A stretch of DNA of 64,000 bases from Acidobacteriota bacterium (GTDB lineage: Bacteria > Acidobacteriota > UBA6911 > RPQK01 > JADFOI01): contig OY760074.1 in assembly GCA_963663035.1 (NCBI GenBank), forward strand, positions 2,944,001 to 3,008,000, in the 5' to 3' direction. Below the pieces are notes generated by a model. That model worked only from the letters and a program-made list of their open reading frames with translations. It had not been told where the DNA came from and did no database searches. Made by a program: the position numbers and the translations under genes. Of this stretch, positions 30,878-40,332 are shown piece after piece (within the stretch, counting starts at the first letter, position 1; each line of letters starts with the position of its first letter).

Positions 30878-31327
30878 TTACGCTTTTTCGCTCTCGAGGC
30901 GAAAGACCGGGTGCCGCTCACTGATGCCCTGGAAGGCCTCCTGATCCGAGCCAGCCGGCACGGTGAAATATCGCTGCACCGTCGTCCGGTAGCGCTCCAG
31001 GTACTCCTTCAGCAGAACCGGTCTTTCAGGCGCTGACAGTTCCTTCACCAGAAAATGTTCACGCCGGAAACCTTTCTTGAGCCACACTTCACCCGCAGCC
31101 CGAGCATTTCGAACCCAGTGGGCCTCGCCCCGCGGCGCCACAAGATACCTTTCCCCATCGACAGACAGGAGGTTGACGGGCGTCGAGTACAGCCGTCCTG
31201 TCTTTCGTCCACGTACCTGAAGCAGGTAGTTATGAGAAAGACCAAGACCCAGCCCCACCAAGAATCCGAAAACCCGGTTAACCAGCCGCTCAATCGCACT
31301 CGGCTTCTGGAAGGAAGACACGCTCAT
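30878..31327 (-). CDS. Deazaflavin-dependent nitroreductase family protein (DUF385-like)
   Basis: GRKTGRLYSTPV, WVRNARAAG and HPVFRL motifs. Confidence 0.8.
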   Translation of the reverse strand: MSVSSFQKPSAIERLVNRVFGFLVGLGLGLSHNYLLQVRGRKTGRLYSTPVNLLSVDGERYLVAPRGEAHWVRNARAAGEVWLKKGFRREHFLVKELSAPERPVLLKEYLERYRTTVQRYFTVPAGSDQEAFQGISERHPVFRLESEKA

Positions 31328-31472
31328 GGCACCCTCTTTAGCAAAGGAATTTCGGAGGGCATCAATTCTAGCACGCATGAAGAACCCACTACAGCCAATT
31401 CATTTGTGAGATACTATCTTCGGTCAAATTCTACCTATTTCGACTGGTGACTCAGATGGGAGGAACGAGAAG

Positions 31473-31925
31473 ATGAGCTACCACAACTCTTTTATCTTGG
31501 CACTTCTGCTCTGTCTCTTGTCCAGTAGCTTACCAGCAGCACCTCAGTCGTCCCAGGATCTGAATCTCGATGAAGAAGCATCCTTAGATGGCACAGCCTG
31601 GAGGAGCATCACAGAAATAGGTCAGGAAAGGGCAGAAATCGCCAAGCAATACTACCTGAAGGGACTGCTTGAAGGCTTACAAATGGGCCTTGCCTTCACT
31701 TCAGAAGAGGGTTTAAAACAAGTCTATTACTTTGATACCAGCAGAGAGCATTTAGTGACAGCGCTTGACCAGTTCTACCAGGATTACAGAAATGAACAGA
31801 TCCCTGCAATCCAGGCTCTACAGATCATAGCGATGGAACTCAGAGGCGACACAGAGGAAGAGATAGATTCAGAATTGAGAAGAATGAGAAGAGGAGTCGC
31901 AGATATCCTGAAGAGAGAGGAGTAA
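31473..31925 (+). CDS. Hypothetical exported protein
   Basis: GGGAGG RBS, signal peptide. Confidence 0.7.
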   Translation: MSYHNSFILALLLCLLSSSLPAAPQSSQDLNLDEEASLDGTAWRSITEIGQERAEIAKQYYLKGLLEGLQMGLAFTSEEGLKQVYYFDTSREHLVTALDQFYQDYRNEQIPAIQALQIIAMELRGDTEEEIDSELRRMRRGVADILKREE

Positions 31926-31934
31926 TTTGTGATC

Positions 31935-32378
31935 TTACTTCTTCTTACTCGCCTGCTTGAGCAAGTCGACAACTTCTCTGTGCCCGTTCCTTGACGCCAC
32001 CATCACCGTGGTCATGCCATCTCGGGTCTTTCGATCGATCTTCGCACCTGCATCCAGGAGGGCTCGCACCACTTCGGTGTGTCCTGCTTCTGCCACCATT
32101 CTCAGGATTGTGAGACCTTCGAACTTCTCGTTCACGTTGGCACCTTTAGCGAGCAGGAGCTTGACGGTTTCCGTCTGGCCGTTCACTGATGCCAGCATCA
32201 AGGCTGTCTCGCTCAGCCTGTTGGTCGCGTTCGCTCGGGCACCTGCATTCAACAAGTCATTCACTCTCTCGGTTTGACCGTTTCTGGCCGCTTCAATCAA
32301 CTGTGAATTCACGTCCTTTGCAAAGGCCGGGACGAAAGTCAGTAATCCCACGGATAGAATCATCATCATTTTTGCCAT
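31935..32378 (-). CDS. Exported ankyrin-repeat protein
   Basis: GGAGG RBS, signal peptide ending AFA, four ankyrin repeats. Confidence 0.88.
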   Translation of the reverse strand: MAKMMMILSVGLLTFVPAFAKDVNSQLIEAARNGQTERVNDLLNAGARANATNRLSETALMLASVNGQTETVKLLLAKGANVNEKFEGLTILRMVAEAGHTEVVRALLDAGAKIDRKTRDGMTTVMVASRNGHREVVDLLKQASKKK

Positions 32379-32572
32379 AAAAGACCTCCCCCAAGGCTAG
32401 GGCAATTTGAGTTGCACACATGATAAGCCTGCTTTCTTCAAAAAGCTAGTCCCGAGAGAGTTTTTTGACGGGTTTGGAGATGAGAGTCAGACTTTAGGGA
32501 AGGAGTAGAGGGTTTAGGAGAATTCGACAAGAGACACACGAGACGCAGCGATTTGCCCGTTGCGGATTCTCT

Positions 32573-32682
32573 TTTCGAATTTGGAATTTGGGCTTTGGGC
32601 TTTGGAATTTCCGCCGGCCGAAGGACGGCGGTGGTCAGGCGGTCTGTTTTCAGCTGTCAGTTGTCAGTTGTCGCCTGTCAGT
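32573..32682. repeat. Two heptamer tandem arrays flanking a GC hairpin
   Basis: Five TTTGGAA/TTTGGGC-type units, CCGCCGGCCGAAGGACGGCGG, five TGTCAGT-type units. Confidence 0.75.
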
Positions 32683-34669
32683 GGTTCGTCATCTCCAGCA
32701 GCTTGCCCAGGGTTTCCATGACCTGAGGGTCAAACTTCCCCTTCTTGGCATCTCGCTGCATCTCCGCGAAGGCCGCCCGATGGTCCCATCGATCCCGGTA
32801 AGGCCGCCAGGAGGTGAGAGCATCGTAGGTGTCTGCCACGGCCAGAATACGAGCACCCATCGGGACTTGATCTCCGGCCAAACCTAACGGGTAGCCCGAT
32901 CCGTGTAAACTCTCATGGCTGGCCTCGATGATTTCAAAAAGGACCTTATTTTGATAACCCATCTGTCTCAACACGCGAACCGATTCCCGGCTGTGTTTGG
33001 TCACTTCTTCAAACTCTTCCTTGCTCAAACTTCCGGCCCGATTGAGAAGATGGTGGGGAACAATCACCTTTCCCAGATCGGCCAGGTAGCCCGCTTGTAG
33101 AATGTCTAGTTTCTCCTGAGCACTCAGGTCAAGGCTGTCAGCCACTGCATAGGACAGGAAGCCGACCACACGCGAATGACCGATGGAGCCATCGAGGGCT
33201 TCAACCGGAAGAAGGATGTCCTCCGGGTAGACAAACAGTTTATCCACTTCCTCCTGATACTGATCATAGAGCTCCTGAGGAATCTTCTCTCTATCCTCCA
33301 GAGGTTTCTTTAGCCCCAGGACCTCGAATAGATACAGTCTGTCCTTCTTACCCCGGATCGAGACCGCATCCATTTGATTCATCTTTAAAGTGGTCTCGGC
33401 GTAGGCCAGCTTGATCTTATCGTCCTTGGGATCCATTTGCAGCGCTTGGCCCAGCTGTTCCTGAGCCTGTAAGAAGTAATTGCCCTTGAGAAACAGGAAT
33501 CCGATCTTCTTCATCAAGTCCACATCGTCTGGCTGTTCATCCAGCTGCTGAGAGTACTCAGCGATTTCCTTCACGAACTCTGGATCCTCGGACTCGGCAA
33601 ATGAGAAAACGGTCTTCTTCTGCACCTTCACAAAACGGCTGACTTCCTCGAAGGTGGCAGAGTCGATAGTGATCATCCCAGGATCACACAACTCCTGGAT
33701 CCTCGAGGCCAGGTTGACCACGTCCCCGATGGCGGTGTAGGTCTGGCGCCTATTGCCAATCAGCCCAATAATCGGTTCTCCCGTAGAAATCCCGATACGC
33801 ATTTTCCAGGGATAATCTCCATTGGCGATCCGCTCCTGCATCTTCAGCCCGGCGATGGTCGCCATCAAGGCGTGTCTTTGATAGTCGACGGGGGCCCCGA
33901 ACTCCACCATGATGCCATCACCCATATACTTGTCGATGTGGGCACGGTAATCCAAAAGAACCTCTTCCATTTCCTCAAGCAGCCTGTTGAGATCGGTGAT
34001 GACCAGCTCAGGTCTTCTCTCCTCTGAAAACTGGGTGAAATCTTTCAAATCAGAAAAGAGAATGCTGATTTTTCTTTTTTCCGTACGAAGCCTTTTCTCG
34101 ATGATCAGCCTGACGACCGAGGCATCCATGGTCGAGTAGAGGGCATCTTCCACCTTCCTCTTCAGCTCTTCGACAGCTCCCTTTGATTTCTCCAGGCTTT
34201 CAGTCCTCTCTAGCACCTTTTTTTCCAGGTTCTCAGCATGATCTCGAAGCTCCTTGTCAGCCGCGACAATTCTTGACTGGCTATCCTCCAGATTCCGATT
34301 CAGTTCTCTCACCTGGTCCACCTCCGTCTTTAAACGGGAGGTCAGTTGCCCCACCACAGCTCCCGTCAGGATCAGAAAGCTGGACCAGGCCAGGATATTC
34401 ATCCACAGGTCAAGATGACTAAAAGCCGGCATGAAGGAGGCGGGAAACAGATAGGCGTACAGGACGACGACCAGGGTACAGAGGACACCGCCTAGAAGTG
34501 CCCTTCGCACCCCCAGGTAATAGGCTCCAAGCAGGATGGGAATAAAGTAGAAGTTTAGAAAAGCCAGCTTATAGGGAATCAGGTAGTTGATTCCGGCCAC
34601 GCTGACCAGGATGAGGAGAACAAAAAGCTGCTCGAAGTTTCTGATGAGGTAATTCTTGAGGGCATCCAT
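32678..34669 (-). CDS. Membrane protein with class III nucleotide cyclase, TPR insert and HD-GYP-like domain
   Basis: Four TM helices, coiled coil, FSDLKDFT, DKYMGDG, GDVVNLASR, GSGYP, VADTYDA...RPYR. Confidence 0.88.
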   Translation of the reverse strand: MDALKNYLIRNFEQLFVLLILVSVAGINYLIPYKLAFLNFYFIPILLGAYYLGVRRALLGGVLCTLVVVLYAYLFPASFMPAFSHLDLWMNILAWSSFLILTGAVVGQLTSRLKTEVDQVRELNRNLEDSQSRIVAADKELRDHAENLEKKVLERTESLEKSKGAVEELKRKVEDALYSTMDASVVRLIIEKRLRTEKRKISILFSDLKDFTQFSEERRPELVITDLNRLLEEMEEVLLDYRAHIDKYMGDGIMVEFGAPVDYQRHALMATIAGLKMQERIANGDYPWKMRIGISTGEPIIGLIGNRRQTYTAIGDVVNLASRIQELCDPGMITIDSATFEEVSRFVKVQKKTVFSFAESEDPEFVKEIAEYSQQLDEQPDDVDLMKKIGFLFLKGNYFLQAQEQLGQALQMDPKDDKIKLAYAETTLKMNQMDAVSIRGKKDRLYLFEVLGLKKPLEDREKIPQELYDQYQEEVDKLFVYPEDILLPVEALDGSIGHSRVVGFLSYAVADSLDLSAQEKLDILQAGYLADLGKVIVPHHLLNRAGSLSKEEFEEVTKHSRESVRVLRQMGYQNKVLFEIIEASHESLHGSGYPLGLAGDQVPMGARILAVADTYDALTSWRPYRDRWDHRAAFAEMQRDAKKGKFDPQVMETLGKLLEMTNH

Positions 34670-34897
34670 TCCCTTCAACCGTAAGCAATTTCCGTTCCAT
34701 CGCTTGAGAGTGAGAGATAGAATCTGTACAGACGCCAGCAGTGCTGGCTTTGCGAGCAGCACGGATTCGATGCTGGGTGAGACGTGGCCCAATTCTTCCA
34801 TTCGATGTCAACACCAAGTTACAAAGCATTCACTCGGTATACAGTGATAAGAACAATCACCTCAAGTAGTTAACAAGTCTTCCAGAGGGTGTCTGAA

Positions 34898-34919
34898 GCT
34901 GTCAACAGAACTTGACAGC
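34898..34919. promoter_or_regulatory. Perfect palindrome, possible operator
   Basis: GCTGTCAA-N6-TTGACAGC between the kinase and cyclase genes. Confidence 0.45.
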
Positions 34920-34967
34920 AGTGAGAGATGCGGGCCAATGCTCCGCCGATTAGCTTCACTGTCTCTG

Positions 34968-36518
34968 TTAGGAATCAGGGTAGTGCAACTTCCACCAGCT
35001 CTCGGCCCGGCCGCGGTCCCAATCATGAGGCTTGGCGCAGGCAGAGAGCGCACCGGCAAGTTCCATGGCAGCCTGGAAGCGTTTGGCGGGATCTTTCTCG
35101 AGGCATTTCAGAACAATTCGATCCAATTCCTCGGGGATCTCGTTTTCGGACCGTCCCGAGGGCGGACCCGGCACTTCCTTGACATGATCGACAATCATGG
35201 CCAGGGGGCTCTCCCGCTGGAAAACCAACTGTCCAGTGAGCAACCAGTAGGCGACGCAGCCAAGGGCATAGATGTCGCTTCTAGCATCCACGCCCTCACC
35301 CATGGCCAACTCGGGAGCCATATAGGCCGGTGTTCCAGTGGTCACGCCTTTCATGGTGAGCTCGGTGCTCAAGTCACCATCGGTCTTAAAGCCGCCATTG
35401 GTTTGAGTTTTGACCAGGCCGAAGTCCAGGACCTTGATGAAATCGTAGGAGAGCCCCAGATGACACACAAAGATATTGGCAGGTTTAACGTCTCGATGGA
35501 TGAAATGGTTGTCATGAGCCTCGGCAAGAGACTCACAGGCCTGCTGCAGGAGGTGGACGGTTCTCTCCGGCGGGACCGGGCCGTGCTTCGTGACCAGGGT
35601 GGCGAGGTCGAGCCCGTTGAGATATTCCATCACGTAGTAGAAGATCTGGTCGTTGGTGACACCGAAATCATAGAGTTCAACGGTATGGGGAGAGCGGAGA
35701 CCGGCGGTGGCCTGGGCCTCCCTTTCAAAACGCCGCACGGTGCGCTGCGCGCCTATGGGGTCCCCTGCTTCCACCATCTCAGGCCGAATCAATTTGATTA
35801 CGGCGGGCCGCACCAACTTGTGATGCTTTGCCAGCCAAACCTCTCCCATGCCGCCTGCACCAATCTGTTCGGTCAGTTTGTAAAAGCCCATTTCCGAGGT
35901 TTGGACCTGTTGGCGGCGATAAAGGCCGACAATTCGTGTACCCCAGACAGCGATTGCAACGCTCATTACCAGTACAAGCCCGACATCAGCAAACTCTCCG
36001 GAGCTGGTCTGGGCGATTGACTGGGCCATCTGGGGATAGCTGCTGCCCAGCCAAATGGCGGCAAGGACCGGCGTACTAGCCAGTGGAATAACCACCAAGA
36101 CAGCACGCTGCCAGGTGTTGGGAATGAACATTCCGTAGACTACCACCAGCAGAACATAATGCAGGACACTCTTGAACAGACCCGACAAAGCCAAGCCGCT
36201 GTCTCCCCGCAACGCACTCTGGGACACAAGTGTGTAGTCTTGCACCGCCACAAAAACAGCAGCCGATCCAAAAATGAGCAGTTCCAGAGCTCTCAGCGGG
36301 GTCAGGGGAAGCTGCTTCTTGGTGAAGAGCAGGACAGTGATGCACCCCAGTGCTAACACCAAAACGATCTGAAGGAGTGGAGAAGATGTCCTATTGCCAA
36401 GAAGGTCGATGGTCAGCCAACTGATCTCGGTGACAAGAAGAACGAGGGCCACCACACCTAACCGGCTTCGGAGCAGTGCTTCGGTCAGCCCGCTCACCAT
36501 CTTGCCCCGACCGGGCAC
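34968..36518 (-). CDS. Multi-TM Ser/Thr protein kinase (start uncertain)
   Basis: About six TM helices, then GAGGMG, HRDVKPAN, DFG and GTPAYMAPE. Confidence 0.9.
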   Translation of the reverse strand: MPGRGKMVSGLTEALLRSRLGVVALVLLVTEISWLTIDLLGNRTSSPLLQIVLVLALGCITVLLFTKKQLPLTPLRALELLIFGSAAVFVAVQDYTLVSQSALRGDSGLALSGLFKSVLHYVLLVVVYGMFIPNTWQRAVLVVIPLASTPVLAAIWLGSSYPQMAQSIAQTSSGEFADVGLVLVMSVAIAVWGTRIVGLYRRQQVQTSEMGFYKLTEQIGAGGMGEVWLAKHHKLVRPAVIKLIRPEMVEAGDPIGAQRTVRRFEREAQATAGLRSPHTVELYDFGVTNDQIFYYVMEYLNGLDLATLVTKHGPVPPERTVHLLQQACESLAEAHDNHFIHRDVKPANIFVCHLGLSYDFIKVLDFGLVKTQTNGGFKTDGDLSTELTMKGVTTGTPAYMAPELAMGEGVDARSDIYALGCVAYWLLTGQLVFQRESPLAMIVDHVKEVPGPPSGRSENEIPEELDRIVLKCLEKDPAKRFQAAMELAGALSACAKPHDWDRGRAESWWKLHYPDS

Positions 36519-36753
36519 CTCACCAGCCTCAGGTCAGAACCTGCGTCCGGAACGGCTGCCAGTCAGGATTGTGGGCGGATTTTCTTCTACTTCCTGCCGA
36601 TCCGGGACGGATGTCTTCATCGGTTCTTCAGTATACAGCTTCGGGTCAACCGATGAGGGGAAGAATTTCCATGATCCCCGGCGGGACCTGGTGGGAGAAA
36701 TGAGGGCTACCGATTCTGAGGAGTCGTGCTGGACCGGCTGAGAAAGATTCTCC

Positions 36754-38346
36754 TTAGGTTGCAGCTGTCTGAAGAGCAGGGCTTTGAACTTCCCGGCGAT
36801 CTGGGAGATGACGAAGTTTGCGCAGCGCTTCCACTTCGATCTGTCGAATACGCTCTCGCGTAACGGCAAAGCTTTGCCCAATCTCCTCCAGGGTGTGTTC
36901 GCACTCCAGCTCAATGCCGAATCGCATGCGGACCACCTGCTCTTCTCGAGGCGTTAAAGTCTGTAAGGCCGTTATCATCTGATCCTTTTGATTGATATAG
37001 ATCCCGGCCTCAACAGGGGAAATTAGGCCCCGGTCTTCGATGAAGTTTCCGATGTGGAGATCCTCGTCCTCTCCAATCGAGGTCTCCAGGGAGATCGGTT
37101 CCTGGGCAATCTTGAGAATCTTGCCAACTCTTGTGACGGGTATGTCCATCTGCTGAGCGAGTTCTTCGGAGGTCGGCTCTCGACCATACTCCTGAACCAG
37201 AGCGCGCGAGGTCCGCAAGAGCTTGTTGATGGTTTCAATCATGTGCACCGGAATTCGAATGGTCCGGGCCTGATCGTCAATGGCCCGAGTGATGGCCTGG
37301 CGAATCCACCAGGTAGCATAGGTGGAAAACTTGTAGCCCCTCTGATATTCAAACCTGTCGACGGCCTTCATCAAACCGATATTGCCCTCCTGGATTAAGT
37401 CAGGTAATGGCATTCCCCGGTTGCTGTACCTTTTAGCGATCGAGACCACTAATCGGAGGTTGGCCTCCACCAGCTCCTTCTTCCCCTTCTCTGCTTCCAA
37501 CTGTCCTTTATTGATCACCACCAGAGTTCGTTTCAGTTCCTTGGGTGAGGCCAGGACCCTGCCTTCGAGCTTCGCCAGCTCCTTGTCCATTTTCTTCAGC
37601 TTCAGATTCACCTTCTTGGACTCTTCCAGCCTCAGTGGAGATTTCTGAAGCTTATTTAATTTCTTGGCTTCCCGCTGCATTTGGGAAATCCGCTTCACTT
37701 CGTCTCTAATAGCATTGATGAGGTGCTCTTGTGCCTCAGGTTTGAGATTGAGGTCTCTGAGGCATCGGGCAACCAAAAGGCGATAGCGCACCAGCTGGGA
37801 AAACAACTTCTTGTGCCGTGGGCCGTTTTTCTTGAACCTGAGGAGGTCTCCTTGTACCTTAGAAGCCTTGGCCTCTACTTCTGCGATTTCATCAATGCCT
37901 TTCAAAACCTCCGCGCGGCGAGCTTCGAGACTCTCTTCGGTCAGCTCTTTGTCGGTCAAACGGACCAGCTTTCTGACCGCCAGCTCACCGCTTCTCAGCT
38001 GTTCACCGAAGGACAGCAGGGTACCCACGACGACTGGCGATCGAGAGAGCGCTTTTCGCACGGCTTTTCGGCCCTTCTCAATCCGCTTGGCAATCTCCAC
38101 CTCGCCCTCTCGGCTCAAGAGGGATACCATGCCCATCTCCCTCAAATACACCCGAATAGGGTCCTTGCTCTTGTAAAGGCCTTCAGAAGAACCATTCTCC
38201 TCAGAATCCTGCCCTGCGGATTCAGCCACTCGAACTTCAGCATCACTGACAACACAGAGGACGGTATCCCCATCCTCAGAGGATTCGGGATCGGGACCGT
38301 TAATCTCTTGGCGGAGTAATTGGTCTTCTTTTTTGTTTAGCTTCAT
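36754..38346 (-). CDS. RpoD-like sigma-70 factor with shortened region 1.1 and aberrant C-terminus
   Basis: [41 protein letters not shown] and TRERIRQIE motifs. Confidence 0.9.
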   Translation of the reverse strand: MKLNKKEDQLLRQEINGPDPESSEDGDTVLCVVSDAEVRVAESAGQDSEENGSSEGLYKSKDPIRVYLREMGMVSLLSREGEVEIAKRIEKGRKAVRKALSRSPVVVGTLLSFGEQLRSGELAVRKLVRLTDKELTEESLEARRAEVLKGIDEIAEVEAKASKVQGDLLRFKKNGPRHKKLFSQLVRYRLLVARCLRDLNLKPEAQEHLINAIRDEVKRISQMQREAKKLNKLQKSPLRLEESKKVNLKLKKMDKELAKLEGRVLASPKELKRTLVVINKGQLEAEKGKKELVEANLRLVVSIAKRYSNRGMPLPDLIQEGNIGLMKAVDRFEYQRGYKFSTYATWWIRQAITRAIDDQARTIRIPVHMIETINKLLRTSRALVQEYGREPTSEELAQQMDIPVTRVGKILKIAQEPISLETSIGEDEDLHIGNFIEDRGLISPVEAGIYINQKDQMITALQTLTPREEQVVRMRFGIELECEHTLEEIGQSFAVTRERIRQIEVEALRKLRHLPDRREVQSPALQTAAT

Positions 38347-38368
38347 TTTTTTCTGGGTTCCTCAAGAG

Positions 38369-38602
38369 TTAAGTGGCCTCTTCAGTCAGCGACGTCTTGA
38401 CTGAAAGAGGACGCGGAAGGCGAGTGAGTTGCTCCGCAGGCCAAGGCTCAAGCCACAGTTCGCCGACTTGTTCCTCGGCGAAGAGCTTGCCCGCCATTTG
38501 ACGGCAAAGCCTTTCGATGTCTGTCTGGCAACCATTCGATCTCATCCTTAGAAACCGAATTTTTCCGCCGACATCGGCTAAAACCAGGTATCTCCAAGAC
38601 AT
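38369..38602 (-). CDS. Hypothetical protein, 77 aa
   Basis: ORF fills the gap between the sigma-54 promoter and the sigma gene. Confidence 0.45.
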   Translation of the reverse strand: MSWRYLVLADVGGKIRFLRMRSNGCQTDIERLCRQMAGKLFAEEQVGELWLEPWPAEQLTRLPRPLSVKTSLTEEAT

Positions 38603-38616
38603 TCCTGGACCTCGCG

Positions 38617-38632
38617 AGCAATTTCCGTTCCA
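38617..38632 (-). promoter_or_regulatory. Sigma-54 promoter
   Basis: TGGAACG-GAAA-TTGCT on the minus strand; IHF-like ATTCAAGGGTTTG 38673-38685 and AATCGG-N7-CCGATT 38712-38730 upstream. Confidence 0.7.
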
Positions 38633-38943
38633 AAAAGAACAGAACCAACCAACAATCCCCTTAGTCCCAGTAATTCAAGGGTTTGAGCAGCCATCGTGGA
38701 AGTGAGACGGCAATCGGGAAGACTCCGATTCTCCCAACCAGTGTCAACGGCTGCTTACAACTGAATCTCGCAATTGAGCCATAACCGTAGCCCCTGGAGA
38801 CACTTAGCTGATCTTCTCAGGACCGGCACCGGTGTCAACGACTGGACATTGGGATCCTATGGACACAGCCTCTCGCCCTCCGATATACTGAGGCATCGCA
38901 ATCAAAGAGAACTCTCAAGGCGGTGCTTCGCCCTCTTTCTAGG

Positions 38944-39429
38944 ATGGCAAAGAAACAACCGCTTTCTAGCAAAAGGAGTTCGACGGGGGGGAACCCTCCC
39001 AGCCGAAACCAGCTTTGTCCATGCGGCTCTGGAAAGAAATACAAGCGCTGTTGCGCTTTGAAATCAGGGGGGAATCAGCAACGCTCCAAGAGAATTCTGA
39101 TGTGGATCGGAGGGATTACAGCGGCCGCCTTACTTGGCTACGGAGTGGCCCAGATGGGGCAGGGAAGCAGATCCGGTAGCTCGAACGTAACTTCCTTCGG
39201 CAGCCTACCAGGAGCTGGCTACTTTTCGGAGGCCGCTCTTGGCGAGGTGGATTTCTCAGTCCTCACCGAGGAACAGAAGGAAAAGGTCCTTGACCAGATC
39301 AATACGGTCCTGTGCACCTGCGGCTGCAACCTGACCTTGGCTCAGTGCGTGGCCACCGACAGTACTTGTCCGCTGAGAAACTCGAATATCGAGAAAATCC
39401 GGTCTATTGTTCGGCAAGAAAGCGGATAA
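38944..39429 (+). CDS. SEC-C motif / TM / Cys-rich domain protein
   Basis: RNQLCPCGSGKKYKRCC, TM helix, CTCGC-x6-C-x6-C. Confidence 0.8.
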   Translation: MAKKQPLSSKRSSTGGNPPSRNQLCPCGSGKKYKRCCALKSGGNQQRSKRILMWIGGITAAALLGYGVAQMGQGSRSGSSNVTSFGSLPGAGYFSEAALGEVDFSVLTEEQKEKVLDQINTVLCTCGCNLTLAQCVATDSTCPLRNSNIEKIRSIVRQESG

Positions 39430-39543
39430 CGTAAGATTCCCTTCCTTAGTCATCTCCGTTAGAATGATGGGCTGAAATTAAAGGAAACATCACAGTCCAT
39501 CCGGCGTATACTCGATGGACCCAACCAAGGGGAGGTGTTGGAG

Positions 39544-40332
39544 ATGGAAGATTCGTCCCGTGTGATGATTGAAGCGAAGGGGCTGAGCAAGTATTTCGGC
39601 CCTTTTGTGGCGATAGAGAATATCTCCTTCTCCATTCCTGCAGGGCAGATCGTCGCGTTTCTGGGGTCAAATGGTGCGGGCAAGTCCACCACCATGAGGA
39701 TTCTGACAGGATACATGGCTCCCAGCGAAGGGAATGCCTACATTGCGGGACTCAATATTCACAAGGAGCGGATTGCCGCTTCCAGGAAGCTGGGATACCT
39801 GCCAGAGAACGGCCCTCTCTATCTCGATATGACACCCAGGGACTTTCTACAGTTCTTTGGGGAAGCTCGTGGACTGGAACAGACGGATCTGAGCCGCCGC
39901 ATCGACTGGGTCAGCGAACAGTATTCTTTGCAAGATGTCATGGAGAAGCCACTTGGAAAGCTCTCCAGAGGATATCGTCAGCGAGTGGGGGTGGCTCAGG
40001 CTCTGATGCATGACCCGGACGTGCTCATCATGGACGAGCCCACAGCAGGACTGGACCCCAACCAGATCCGCGAATTCCGGGGAAGTATTCGCGAACTGGG
40101 AAAAAGAAAGACTATTCTCATCTCGACCCACATTCTCCGAGAGGTGGATGTAGTTGCTGACCGCGTTCTGTTTATTCACAATGGAAAGTTAGTCTTCGAC
40201 GGTACGCCTGAAACACTCAGAGAAAATGATTCGCTGGAGGAACCTTTCTATCGGATGACAAGTTACGGGCGGTCCACTGAAAGTCAGCGGGCGTCAACAC
40301 CCATGACGGCTCAATCATCAGGAGAGGAATGA
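39544..40332 (+). CDS. ABC ATPase (GldA-like)
   Basis: GSNGAGKS, LSRGYRQ and DEPTAGLDPNQI motifs. Confidence 0.9.
   Translation: MEDSSRVMIEAKGLSKYFGPFVAIENISFSIPAGQIVAFLGSNGAGKSTTMRILTGYMAPSEGNAYIAGLNIHKERIAASRKLGYLPENGPLYLDMTPRDFLQFFGEARGLEQTDLSRRIDWVSEQYSLQDVMEKPLGKLSRGYRQRVGVAQALMHDPDVLIMDEPTAGLDPNQIREFRGSIRELGKRKTILISTHILREVDVVADRVLFIHNGKLVFDGTPETLRENDSLEEPFYRMTSYGRSTESQRASTPMTAQSSGEE

Noticed and set aside
34938-36020. 360-aa plus-strand ORF (and similar long antisense ORFs such as 13910-14848 and 47771-48652)
   Set aside because: These are antisense shadows of well-supported genes.
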